The notes beneath the pieces are model-generated. The model did no database searches. It was not told where the DNA came from and was given only the letters and a program-made list of their open reading frames with translations. 64,000 nt of DNA. Origin: Azolla caroliniana (Eukaryota; Plantae; Polypodiophyta). The stretch is from positions 5,332,001 to 5,396,000 of the forward strand of contig JBHGNT010000001.1 of the NCBI GenBank assembly GCA_043228905.1, given 5' to 3'. Positions 1 through 12,082 of this stretch are shown here, piece by piece (position 1 is the stretch's first letter; every line of letters begins with the position of its first letter). Made by a program: the position numbers and the translations under genes.

Positions 1-398
1 TTGCGATTTTAGGCGATTTTCTGAAACTTGATACACCAGTACCACATGTTTTAAATAGCATGTAAAAATTTGTTATTTTTTTGAGATCTAACAAGTTTCA
101 AAATGATAATTTTTAAAATTGAATAGTTTTTTAATAAATGTTTAAATGTTGATGGTTTGTAGATATGAAATGTAGTTAACTTAAAGAAAATCACAATGGT
201 TAACTTAAATCACAAGTTTTTTTTTTTTTTTTCCAAAATAAAGCTACTTTCCCATTAGTTAGGAAGGATTATTACAAGGAGACTATACAAGGAAGCTTAT
301 ACACAAAACGGGGAATCTCCCTCAGATCAAGATCAAGAAAATGAGACTACTTACATAGTTTTTCAAACCGACTACCTAAAGTAAGTAGATACCTATAC

Positions 399-3300
399 CT
401 AAAAGCAGTGGCCTTTAGTGTCGGCCAGAATGAGTCGACTCCCGAGGCCTACATCGAAGGGGGGAGGTGTGAAAGAAGGAAACAACCATCGTGGGGGCTG
501 GTAGTTCCACCTCGGTCCACTTTCTCCTAGCGTCACCATAGGCGTGTTCCGCCATTTCTGCCAAAAGCGCAACCGGGTAGTGGCCACGTCATTGGAGTGG
601 TTGCAAACCTAATCTAATTGCCCTCGTAGGTAGCTGATAAGCGCGAACCAGATATCCATGATCACTTCCACTGGGGGTTGTACCCGATCTTGGAAAACCT
701 TTAAGCATCGTGCTTTCCAGACATACCATAAGGTGAAGCCCGCGATGAACCTCCAAATTTCCAGGAACCTAAGGGATGTGGACAACAAGTCTCTCTTGAA
801 GCGGATCTTGCCGATTTGGCCTCCCGTGCATACATAGCACCAAGTATCCTCATTAAAGGCGTCCGTCCACCTATCAGTCGAGGGGTCAATCCATGCCGCA
901 ACACTTCACGAGGCTGTTCCAACCACTTCACATGCCGCTAGGAGGCGAGTGACTCTGTCCCATACCTTTTGAGCTTGAGGGCAATCCCAAAGACAGTGTC
1001 TCAGAGACTCAATGGGTGAAGAGCAAAGTGGGCATCCTATCGGGCCGCCCCTTTTACCAAGCCATTCCCCAACAGGAATCACATTGTGACCAATCTGCCA
1101 CCAAAAGAGCTTGATTTTTTCATGCATGTGGAGACGCCAAAGACCCTTCCAAAAGGTAATGAGCACCTCGTCAGGGATGCCCAATGTTCACCATCCATTA
1201 CGAATGGGACCAACGAGCTGCAATTGTAAAGTCCGCCCCAATTTAGTGCTATATTCAAAGAAGTGGCAGAGTTTGTCACCATGTTTCCACCTGAAATCCC
1301 ATGGGTCCCATTCTAGTTCAACGAGGGGACGAGAACCATATACCCATAACTTCCAATGGGGTTCCACCTTAGTAACATCTGGGTCTGTCTTCCAAATGTT
1401 ATCAACCTCCGCCACCATTCGAACCGGAAGCCAAGTGCCCCTACTTTGCCTCTCCCCCAAAAATGTATCTCTTCCCAATCGACTCACACCCTTCACCAAC
1501 TTAACCATTCCAGCCTCATCAAAGAGACCGAACCATGCATCTTCTTGCATAGTCCCCAACGGAACTCTATCAACTGCCTTAGCTATCAGGCTCCGCATCT
1601 TCATAGCTCCCTTGAGGGGAGGGAATGGGTCCTCCTGGGCTCCCCTTGGAGAAACCATGCGTCTCCAATCGTCTATAGAGTGAAGCCCTGTCTGCACCAA
1701 CTTTCCCCATGCCAGGCCCTTAAGCTACCCTAACATCATGTCATCGCTTGTTCGCACCTGAGGATTCCAAAATAAGGGTTGTCTAGCCCATTCGATGAGT
1801 GTCTCTGGGGTGTGCTTGACCAAATGTTGTCACACATGACACCACGCCCGCAAGATGGAGTTTGTTACCCTGTCCTCCTGTTGACAAGCCATCTTGGGTG
1901 GGACTCCACTCGTGCAACACCAGTTCAAGGAGATAGGCCAAGGCCTACCATACTTGGGAGTCCCTGCTTGTAACCTATTGTGAAGTAGTACCTTCCAACA
2001 CCCCTTACCTGGGAGAAGGCAACGAACCACCAATTTGGCCAGCAATGCACGGCTCTGTGTTTAGGGGTCAATGAGGCCAAGCCCCCCTTTGGCTTGCGGC
2101 TGCATTAACCAATGCCATGACACTCTGGCAGCAACCATTGGGTTGTCCTTACCGGACCATATAAATCCCCTGATGGCAGCCTTAATCGCATGCAAACCTG
2201 CCGGGTCCATAATCCAACATGAGACCGAGTGCCACATGGTGGTGAGCATCACTTGGTTCGCAATAAGGACCCTCCCAGCGAAGGATAATTTAGATCTACT
2301 CCATTGGTTCAGCTTCTTGCTTATTTTGGCTTGCACATGGGACAATTGCGCTCCCTTGGGAATTGCCCTCCCCATAGTAAATCCTAGATACTTGAACGTC
2401 GTCCCATTAGGGACCCATGTAAAATCGGCATGGGGATGCCACCTTGGTTTCTCTTGTTCGCTGAACCAAAGGCCTTGGGTTTTATCCCAATTGACCTTGG
2501 CACCAGCAGCCTGACAAAAGTCCTCGACTAGATGTTTAGCCTGCTGCAAATTCTCCTCATCACCTTGCAGGAAGAGGACCGTATCATCAGCATATTTGGA
2601 TAGAAGAAGATCTTCACTCGCATTAGGGATGGGCAATCCCCTCAATCCGTTGCATGGGGCTTGTAAGTAGGCAGAGAACGCCTCAGTTACGAATAGATAA
2701 AGATATGGGGCTAGGGGACAACCTTGCCTCACTGAGCGTTGTAGTTTGAAGGAAGGGCCCCTAGCACCCGCAATTAGCACACTACTGGTAGCAGTCCGGT
2801 AGAGGGCAGAAGTGCATTTCCTCCAATTTTGGGGTAGGCCCATAGCTCTCATCACGTTTTCCAAGAAGGGCCAAAGGACCCTATCGTATGCCTTCTCGAA
2901 GTCAAGCATCAGAATAGCTGAGCTTGAGACGGATTGATCAGCCAATGCCATGGCTTCCCAGAGAAGCAACACATTATCAAAGATACACCTGCTCCTAATA
3001 AAACCTGTTTGATTCTCATGTATAATGTCCGGTAAGAAGCTTGCTAACCGTTGCGCGAGGACTTTTGCCAAAATCTTGTAAATCGTGTTAAGGATCGTTA
3101 TAGGACGCCATTGGCGCAACTCCAGGCTTCACTTTGCCGCTTTGGGAATGAGATAGACCATCCCCTCAGCCAGCCCGGTCGGCATCGTTCCTGAGGACCA
3201 AATCTCTTGAACCCCGGCTTCCAAGGACGGGATAACAATGTCCCAATGGATCTCGAAAAAATCTCGTGAGAGACCATCGGGGCCGGGGCATGCTCCTCTC

Positions 3301-4693
3301 CTCAAATCCCTGAGTGCCTCCGAGAGTTCTATACGAGAAATGGGTCTATCGAGCACCATTTCCATCTCTCGGGATACCTTGGGGTGAATGCAAGTCATCA
3401 CCCTATCAGCCAGCTCTACGTTTTGCCTCATATGCACAGGTGCAAGTAGGTCTTGATAGTATTGCGTTGCCAAATGCAAAATCTCTTCCTTGTCCTCCGT
3501 AATTGAGCCGTCTGGTTTGCGCAACTGTTGTATACGTCCACCACCACCCTTGGGTGCCTTGTAATGAAATAACATGCCACGGTCCTTCGAAATAACATTC
3601 GGTTCCTCTCCTCCGTCCTTTCCCGAACCTTCATCTTGGCTTCCTCTAGCTTAGATCTAGACCAAATGCAGCCAAGGTCCGCCTGTAGCAAGCGTTGCGC
3701 TGCCGCAACGGACTTCCTTAATTTTATTTCAATGGCTTTGACATGTTGGAGGGCCCGCTTGGTCTCTTGCTGTAAAAAGGAGGAGGAGAGGGCTAGTTTT
3801 TTCTGCAAATCCTCACTAGCCGATTCTCTTACAATGGTCTCCCGCCATATACTCTGTAGACCCGCCTTCACCTCTTCACTCTTCATGATCTTTGTGGGGA
3901 TTTTCATGTTGAGACTCCCGTGGGTGTCGTTGGGTGGGTTAAGGTCTAGTCTCATCGGTTGGTGATCAAAGAAGGTAAAGCCTGCCAAGATAGCGAAGGA
4001 TCCCCCCAACTCCTCAAGGGACGAGCTGATGTATATGCGGTCTAACCGCGCAAGGCTACCACCCCTAACATTCACGTCGGCTCTCAAGAAGTGTAGCGAA
4101 TGTGAGCATCTCCTAAGGGAAGAGCCCCATGCATCTTTCACCCCAATTTTGCCAATTAAGAGAGCCGATGAGTCCAGCTCCGCACCATGAATTGGTCTTT
4201 GGGTCCCCCCTTTCCTGTCACCCAGATGTTCAGTCATGTTGAAATCACCAGCCATTATCCATGCCTCTGCATCAGGTAATGTGGTCACTAACATCCTCCA
4301 GAAGATTGCTCTCTCGAGGGATGAGTTAGGGGCATAAATGTTTAGCACCCCAATCTGTAGGTGATTCCATTTCAGAAGCACATATAAAGCCCTACCCGCA
4401 ACCAACATGCCATGTGATGTTACTTCATATCGGGCCTTATCACTGATCGAGATGCAAACCCCTCCCCTTCTTTGAAGGTCACCCTGTGCCGCCGACCACC
4501 ACGTGGTCCACCCACCCGACAAGGGGTTTACTAGGCTCTGAATTCTTTCTTCAGAGAGATGGTGTTCCTGCAACAGCAGTATGTTGAGCTTGCCCCCAAT
4601 ATTAGAGGGATTCAACTCCTCCCGAAGTCTTTTGCACTCTTGGTGCTGCCGGCCTCCACCAAGGCCCAGTACATTCCACTTTAAGATCCTCAT
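399..4693 (-). pseudogene. LINE A ORF2: AP-like endonuclease, reverse transcriptase, zf-RVT; frameshifted
   Basis: EN motifs WNVLGL, LQEHH, NIYAPN, GDFN, RLDRIY, DH. RT motifs PGPDG, WRPITILN, LDFEKAYDRV, RQGCPLAP, YADD, KYLG. C-terminal CPLC..ESLRHCLWDC. Split over several ORFs by stops and frameshifts. Confidence 0.93.
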
Positions 4694-6186
4694 CCGAAAA
4701 CGGTGAGGTTGACGCCCATGTCCGGGCTGACCCCCATGTCATGGGGCAAGCTAACACCTATTTCTGGGGCTATGAGCTCCTGCGAAGGCTGAAGAGCCCC
4801 TAAGGGGTTCTCGGCTTGTTGATCCCGGCCTGCTTCAAATAGTTCTCATGATATGTTTTGGCTCCTGAGTGGCTGTCCAACCTGCATCCCTTTATCCCAA
4901 ATAGTCCTCACCAAACCAGGTGATGGTTTGCTTGTACTTCCCTTCTCTTTGCCCTTGATCTTGCCCGTCCTTATCCACGATTTCAATAATCTGAGGTCAC
5001 CACCACATTCACGTTCCATCATGGGGGAGGCCTTAGCCAACATCTCCTTTGGGGTGGAAAGTACACGATGTGGTTGCAACTCCATCGGGGAGGGGAACAG
5101 GAGATGAGGATCGTGTGGGGGAAGGGACCAAGAGTCACAAGGGGACAATGTTGCTGCCAACGCTTCTGGGTTGTCCTCTCCTAGCCCTTGGAGCAATGTA
5201 AATCTGTTGGTAACCCTCCCCTTTAGGTTGTGTGCTTCTGCACTCCCTGAGAGGATCTTCACCCGTTTCGAGGGCTGCTCGTTCACACTTGCTGGTGACA
5301 CTATAGTGGGACTGTGGTCAAAGGGAAGGCCTTGAGAGGGGGCGGAGGCCGCACCTAGGCTTCCAGGTTTCCCCTTCTTCTTGACGGGTTGCCAAGGAGC
5401 CTTGTCACCCTTGGTTGACGTAGTCTTACTAGAGTCTTGAGGTTCCGAGCTTCCCTTTCCAGTCTTACGAGGACAATTCTTAGCTAGGTGTCCTTTCTGT
5501 TTGCAAATAAAACACTGTCTAGGGAGTCCCTCGTAAACCACTTTCACCACTGTGAGACCTAGCTCTTTAGAGTAGAGCCTAATTCTTGTTGGCAATCCAT
5601 GGAGGGAAGGCACTAAGATACGCACCTTAGGCACCTCCGCGATTGTGTCTGCCATAGACATTTTTTGAGGGAAAATCGTCCCTATCTGTTCACCGAAAAA
5701 AGGAAGCAAATGGCACAAATGGGGAGGGAGGCCAGGAAATGTTGCGGTGATCACCCTAGGGTTGTTTAGTTTTTGTAACTCTTCACTTGGATCGAACCCT
5801 GGTGACCATGGCTGGAGCAATACCTTGTCGTACTTCAATTCAAGTACCTTGAGCTCTACCAAGGGTTGCGCCAACAAATCATCACCCAATTCAATATGGA
5901 AGAAATTTTTCCCTAAACCCCTGACACTCTTGATCGATGGCATGTTCTCCATTACAGCCACTTGGAGCATGTCACGAATCATGCCACGATTTGGTCTACC
6001 TGCGAGAAACCTACATACAAAGGACGTACGTCGTAGGCGTTCGATTTCCTCCCCTAAGAGTCGGTTGGCCTCCGGGGACAAGGTGATGTCTAAATCTATA
6101 CTTCCTTTTCCTTGTAGCGAACTAGGGTCTGTTGGGAGTTCGGAGCATCCCCCCACATTAGTTGGAAGTTCGGATCCTCCCACCAT
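4690..6186 (-). pseudogene. LINE A ORF1 (DUF4283/RRM-like region plus CCHC zinc knuckle)
   Basis: ORF 4846..6186 contains CFICKQKGHLAKNC. The frame stays open past the TGA at 4846-4848 down to a TGA at 4690-4692, so the first stop is probably a nonsense mutation. Confidence 0.85.
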
Positions 6187-6810
6187 GTCAAGCTATAGGT
6201 TCTGATTTAACTTAAAGCACAAGTTAATAAGATTAATGGTTTCACCATCTTGAGAAGATGTAGGTTCCAGAAGTGGAAGTTACATCTATTGTTAGACTTG
6301 AAAATGTTTTTAGTATAAATGGTAACATTGTAATCCCTAATGCCATCATTTATAAATTTAGTGCTCATTAACATCCATAAATTCACAACTCAAGAAATGT
6401 ATACAATATTCATAAACAATTTTGATAAATCCATAACTCCTAGAATGTAGATGATATTCATAAACTGTCAAAACTGCCAAACTTAGATATAAACATTAAT
6501 ATATCAATTTGAACATATCACATACTTATCAAGGTATCCACAATGCTCTCCTTTTCTTCATTTTGAGAGCTCCCCTACAAAATTTGTGAAGTAAATGGCA
6601 TTTGCAAGGTTCAATTACTATCAACACAATTATTAATGGTTTTTTGTTAATCAAGGAAGCACATGTTCACCATAAGGTCTCTTGTTGTGCAACATACTTC
6701 TTTACAACATCGATATGCATCTTTTACTCTTGTCAAAACAGAGATTTTAGTACAATTCGAGTTCATGTAAACCCTAAACATCTTTTATTTGAAAAAGAAG
6801 AAGATGTCTA

Positions 6811-7954
6811 AACATGAACTCCATACATTATATTGGGTTGATGTAAAAAACAGAGTTTTCATCACAATTCCATACAATGTATCAAATTTATGTTCAAAGT
6901 TTTTTTTCCCAAATTTAAAAAAATAAAAAAATCAAACTTGACTTGATGAAATAACCAAAGTTTTCACCACAATTCAGTACAATGTACCTAGTTCATGTTT
7001 AAAATATATTTTTCAAATTTGTTTGATTTTTTTAATTGTTTTTGTTTTGAATTTTTTTTTTTAACATGAATTCGATACATTGTATCGACTTGTGATGAAA
7101 AATCTGGTTTTTTCATCACTTCAACTTAAAAAAAAAAAACAAAAAGACCCAAAATAAATAGAAAAAAACCAAAATTGTTTTTTTTAAATCCCCCTTCAAA
7201 ACAACTTAAAACATGAACTCGATACATTGTATCGAATTCATGTAAAAAAGTCATCTTTTTGACACAAACTCGATATAATGTATTGAGTTGGTCTTGAAAA
7301 CTCTATTTTTCAACATGAATTCGATACAATGTATCGAGTTCATGTTTTAAGTTGTTTTGAAGGGGGATTTTAAAAAAACAATTTTGGTTTTTTTCTATTT
7401 ATTTTGGGTCTTTTTGTTTTTTTTTTTTAAAGTTGAAGTGATGAAAAAACCAGATTTTTCATCACAAGTCGATACAATGTATCGAATTCATGTTAAAGTC
7501 GATTTTTCAACATGAACTCGATACAACTTATCGAATTTGTGTCAAAAAGTCTGGTTTTAAACACGAATTTGATATAATGTATCGAGTTCGTGTTTAAAAA
7601 CAAAGTTTTCAACACAAACTCGATGCAACGTATCGAGTTCATGTTTAAAGTTTTTTTTTTTTTGGATTTTTTTCTATTTATTTTGGGTCTTTTTGTTTTT
7701 TTTTTTAAATTTTGAAGTGATGAAAAAACTAGAGTTTTCATCACAAGTCGATACAATGTATTGAATTCATATTTTAAGTTTTTTTTTCCAAAAAATAAAA
7801 TAAAAAAATAAAACAAATAAAAAAAATTCAAAAAAACTTGAAACAAATTTTAAAAAATTACTTTAAACATGCACTAGGTACATTGTACTGAATTGTGGTG
7901 AAAAATCTGGTTTTTTCATCAAGTCAAGTTCGATTTTTTTATTTTTTTAAATTT
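6811..7954. repeat. Foldback-like array of ~13 palindromic units with nested inverted repeats
   Basis: Units resemble CATGAACTCGATACAWTGTATCGAATTCATG. Inner arms about 7062-7243 / 7313-7495 are near-perfect inverted copies. Outer arms about 6911-7003 / 7862-7954. Confidence 0.85.
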
Positions 7955-8333
7955 AAGTACATTTGAAAATGAGGAGGAAGAGTCGCAATTGTATATTAGC
8001 TATAGTAGTGATTCTCATGAAAGGAATGATGATAGTGATGCAAATAACTCTTAAATGTATTTTTTGTGCAACGATATGTAAGAAATTTAGATAACATTTT
8101 ATCGAATGAAATAAAAAAGTTGATTGTTTTGAAATCTTTCGCTTATGATTTCGTTACGATCTAAAATACTACTAGTTGTAATTTCTCCTTAAAAATACAC
8201 AATGTTACTTTTCGTATTTGGCCAAAGTTTGGCATTTTTCAATTTTATCAAATGGTGAAATTTTTAGCTTTTTCATCAAGTTTTTGAGAACATGTGATAC
8301 TGGTATCAAGGTGTTTTGTGAAATGGCCAAAAA

Positions 8334-8555
8334 ATAACCATGGATAGATGGATATAATGTATGAACACGTTCATGTTCATAAGTGGAAGGATCGCGCACA
8401 AATGGAAAGATAAGGAATATTTCATCTAATTTTGTGAAATGGCCAAAAAAGCCCCAAAATTAGATGAAATATTCCTTATCTTTCCATTTGTGCGCGATCC
8501 TTCCACTTGTGAACATGAACGTGTTCATACATTATATCCATCTATCCATGGTTAT
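8334..8555. repeat. 101-bp inverted repeat with 20-nt loop
   Basis: Arms 8334-8434 and 8455-8555 are reverse complements with one mismatch. Confidence 0.92.
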
Positions 8556-8899
8556 GATCACTTCATGGCCCATTTATAACATTCATCCATGGGTGCTGCC
8601 CATTCATGGTCAATACATGCACTATATCCTCCACAATCATGGACATGCTCACCTAAAAAAGCATGACATATCATTTGGGTGATATATATTGTCGACATGG
8701 TTGATGTTATAAGGACAACTTTGCATGGGGAAACTGTCCTTATAGATGTCTACCTAGTCCTTTCTTATTTCATTCTTAAGTTGGGAAGAAATATACTTCC
8801 TTCATGTGAGAACATAACCTTTTGAATTTTTTGTGTAGATCATGAGGGGAGGAGAAAATAATCTAGATTCATTTTGTTTTTAGTTGTACAGGAACTTGG

Positions 8900-10620
8900 C
8901 GTAATCGGCGAGATGATTGATGTGGACTGAATGAAGAATGTATGTTGGAGGGAGATTGGTTGTGAATGAACCAAATAAACTTTTGCGGAAAATGTAAATA
9001 TGTTCTGGATGTGAAAAGTCAGATTCACAAAGTTAAAGTATGTTTATGCAAAACATTTCTGAAATCTACTTATAGGAAATATTTGGTATGTTTGGAAAAA
9101 AATAAAAAAATACATGTTATAATTGAAACAACCAGCCTTCTGAAACAAATTCCAGATATTGGAGTTGGAAATGGCTTGGTTAGCAGGGTACATGAAACAT
9201 GGTGGTGGTCTTGGTGAGGAGATATTGAACATTTTTGGGTAGATGCATGAAAGAGGAGTATATCCAGATGTTATCACTCACACATGCATGTTAATAGCTT
9301 GTCGTAGATTTGGAGCCACGGGTAAGGGCAAGTCAATACATATTGATATTGCAAGAAAAGTTCTGGTTGAGATAGATTGCATTGTTGGGAATGCATTGGT
9401 TGATATGTATTCAAAATGTGTTGGTTGACTTATATGCAAAATGTGGTGAAGCCCATGAAGTATGGATTACCGTCAATGGTCTCTTTGCATTGGATATGTG
9501 TTATGAGAACATGAACTTGGTGAGGGTGCACTAAATCTCAAGAATATTTATTTGAAAACATGTGGAAGTTTTCGAGCATTAGAAAAAGGATAAGAAGTGC
9601 ACAGTCATATTTGAAAACAGGGTTTGAAATATGTTCTTGTAATCAATAATAGGCTGATTGATATGTAGGTAGAATTCCATTTTTTCTTATGGGATTGATG
9701 GAATGGATGTGGTCATAACGAAGAAAGGATTACTTGAAAAATAGAGTCTCTTTGACTACACTGATTTCAGGATACACTGACAATGGGTGGGGGGAGTATG
9801 CTCTTATATGGCACTCACGTATGCATTCAGAAGGAAATATTCAAACTATATGGGCAAGATGAAGAAGCATTGAATAAACTTGGATCATTGCAATGTCAAG
9901 CCATTGGTAAGGAATAATTTTATGGTTGGCAATGCATTGGTGGATATGTATACCAACTGTGGTGAACTTACTCAAGCACAAGAGATTTTTAGTGGATTTC
10001 TAGTTAGAGATGTGTTTTGCTGGAACACAATTATAATAGGAACAAGATGAAAAAACATTGAATCATGTGGGATCATTGCAACGCGAAAGCATCTTGCGAA
10101 ATATGGTCACTTATTTTTTACCTGGAAGAAGCATTCACACTCTTTTCTAAGCAACATAATCGAGATTTTCGGTTTTTCAGCTTTGCACAACCATGAAGTA
10201 TGATATGTGCATGTATTTTAGATGTGGAAACTTGGAAGAAACATTCACTGTCTTGCAACATTATCGACGTGTGGTGTCTTACAACGCAATGATTTCTGGG
10301 TAGGTGCGAAATAGTGAAGGGTTTTCAACTTTGAAACATTTGATCAACAAATGTGTGTAGTTGGTTGACCTTATTGATAGCACATACATGCTTTGGCAAT
10401 ATAGATAGGGGGAAATTGTGCTCGAATGAAGCTATGAAATTGGATCCTGATACAATTGTAGGATATGCACTGATCTCAAGCATGTATGTTGAAAGTCACA
10501 TAGTGGAGGCTATATATCTCTCAATTCAGCTCTCATTTTTGAAAAATAAGTGGGTTGATTTTGTAGTAGATATGCTTTTTAAAACTTATGGAAGGATATC
10601 TTGTTTAGAAAAAAAAAAAA
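8900..10620 (+). pseudogene. Degenerate PLS-class PPR pseudogene
   Basis: Fragments MHERGVYPDVITHTCMLIAC and VGNALVDMYSKC, a second GNALVDMY near 9925-9960, and E-domain-like SWLTLL..GNIDRG..KLDPD..GYALISSMY. Many stops and frameshifts; boundaries approximate. Confidence 0.8.
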
Positions 10621-11990
10621 CATGACATAAAGTCACAAAATTAAACATCTACCAACTGTTTGATAGACACAATATTATTTGTGGTGTAGTCTACAAGAAC
10701 AATTCTTGGTGTGACATTTATGTATGCCATCATCTAAATGTCTATTAAGAGAACATACAAACAATTTGGTTGTTCAATTTTCACTTTGTTTTTTGTGTGT
10801 AGGTAAGGTATGTTTTAGGTTTACATGAGGTCCATGTGCTCTAGCTCAAAATCTCCCATAGATTTCTAGGTTTGTGAGAGTTAATTTTGTTGCTTGATTG
10901 TTTGATTGGTGAGGAGTCAGCCTATCCTATCTTTTTCCACTTACCCCTCTCTGTACCCCACTAACCAAATTAGGTCCCACTCATTGAAACTTCATTATTC
11001 ATGATTTTATATGTGTTCCCTTCACACTTCTTGTTTTGAAACTCTCCATTCTCTCTTCCTCTCTCATTCTCAAACTCATTCATCATGCTGCTTCATCACT
11101 TTACCCCTCGTTTTTACCATCACTATCCCAAAACCCCAAATAATCAATGCAAAATATTCTGAAATCGTGCAATTTCTAGATACACTAACAAATATGAGAA
11201 AATGTTTCTTTGGACCATTCTTCATGCCTAACGCATAACATGCTCACTATGAGAACATGCAACATTGGCTCAATATATGAGCATATATAATAAATAGTCA
11301 TAAATTTCATCAGGTCATGAAGCATTTCGCATATAAAAGGTATATCTTTGTTAAGAAAGCGTTTTTCTAAAGTCAAGATATATTTACTAATCCCTCATTA
11401 ATTACATAATGTGCATGTCTTAAATGATCAAATATGTGGATTTTTTATTTCAAATGATCAAATGTCCTAAATGGCCAAATGAACTCATGCTCTTAATTAG
11501 TTACGAAATTAACTTAGATGCCACATTGATTATATGCAAAATGAATTGGCATTGTTTTGGAGATTAAGCTAATTAGATAATCCTATACCTTTAGAAAATC
11601 TTTAGTGGAATCATATTTTCAGAGTTTCTTGAATTTATGGGTCAAAAATGGATAATGGAGATATCATGATGAAAGCTGACACATGGAAGCACTGAGAGCG
11701 GGTGCAGCAGAGCGGCGCGCCAACTCCCGGCGGAGGTCTGCGGTGTGGGCGTCTCACCAGTAGACAGCAGAAACGGACCAGGACCAGGACCAGGACTAGG
11801 AGCCGGAGCCAGAGCCGACGCAGCGGAAATGTGAGGGTCCAAAAGCCTCCCACTGCTCATTGACACAGACGCCTCTCCTCCCCGCCGTTGCTGCATCGCC
11901 CTCCTCAGTTTCGTGAGGAGGCCATCATTTAGGGTTTCCTCTCACACCTCCCCCAATGTTCGAGGAGGAGTAGGTTTTGAGGAGTGAACC

Positions 11991-12021
<31 letters not shown>

Positions 12022-12082
12022 AAAACAAAAAAAACAAAAAAAGGGAGAAGAGAGAAAGAGACGCAGTCCAATTTTATCACTA

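Larger units (their letters stand above)
217..6206 (-). mobile_element. L1-clade LINE retrotransposon A, near full length, decayed
   Basis: T16 at 217-232 is the poly(A) tail on the minus strand. 17-bp TSD TTAACTTAAA(T/G)CACAAG at 200-216 and 6207-6223 (1 mismatch). Contains ORF1 and a broken EN-RT-zinc finger ORF2. Confidence 0.95.

Noticed and set aside
1111-6205. Plus-strand ORFs of 100-190 aa inside LINE A, and minus-strand ORFs inside LINE B and the PPR genes
   Set aside because: Antisense shadows of real coding frames, with no motifs of their own.
6811-7954. Regularly spaced palindromic repeats resembling a CRISPR array
   Set aside because: Spacers are short, related A/T-rich sequences, units occur in both orientations, there are no cas genes, and the context is eukaryotic.
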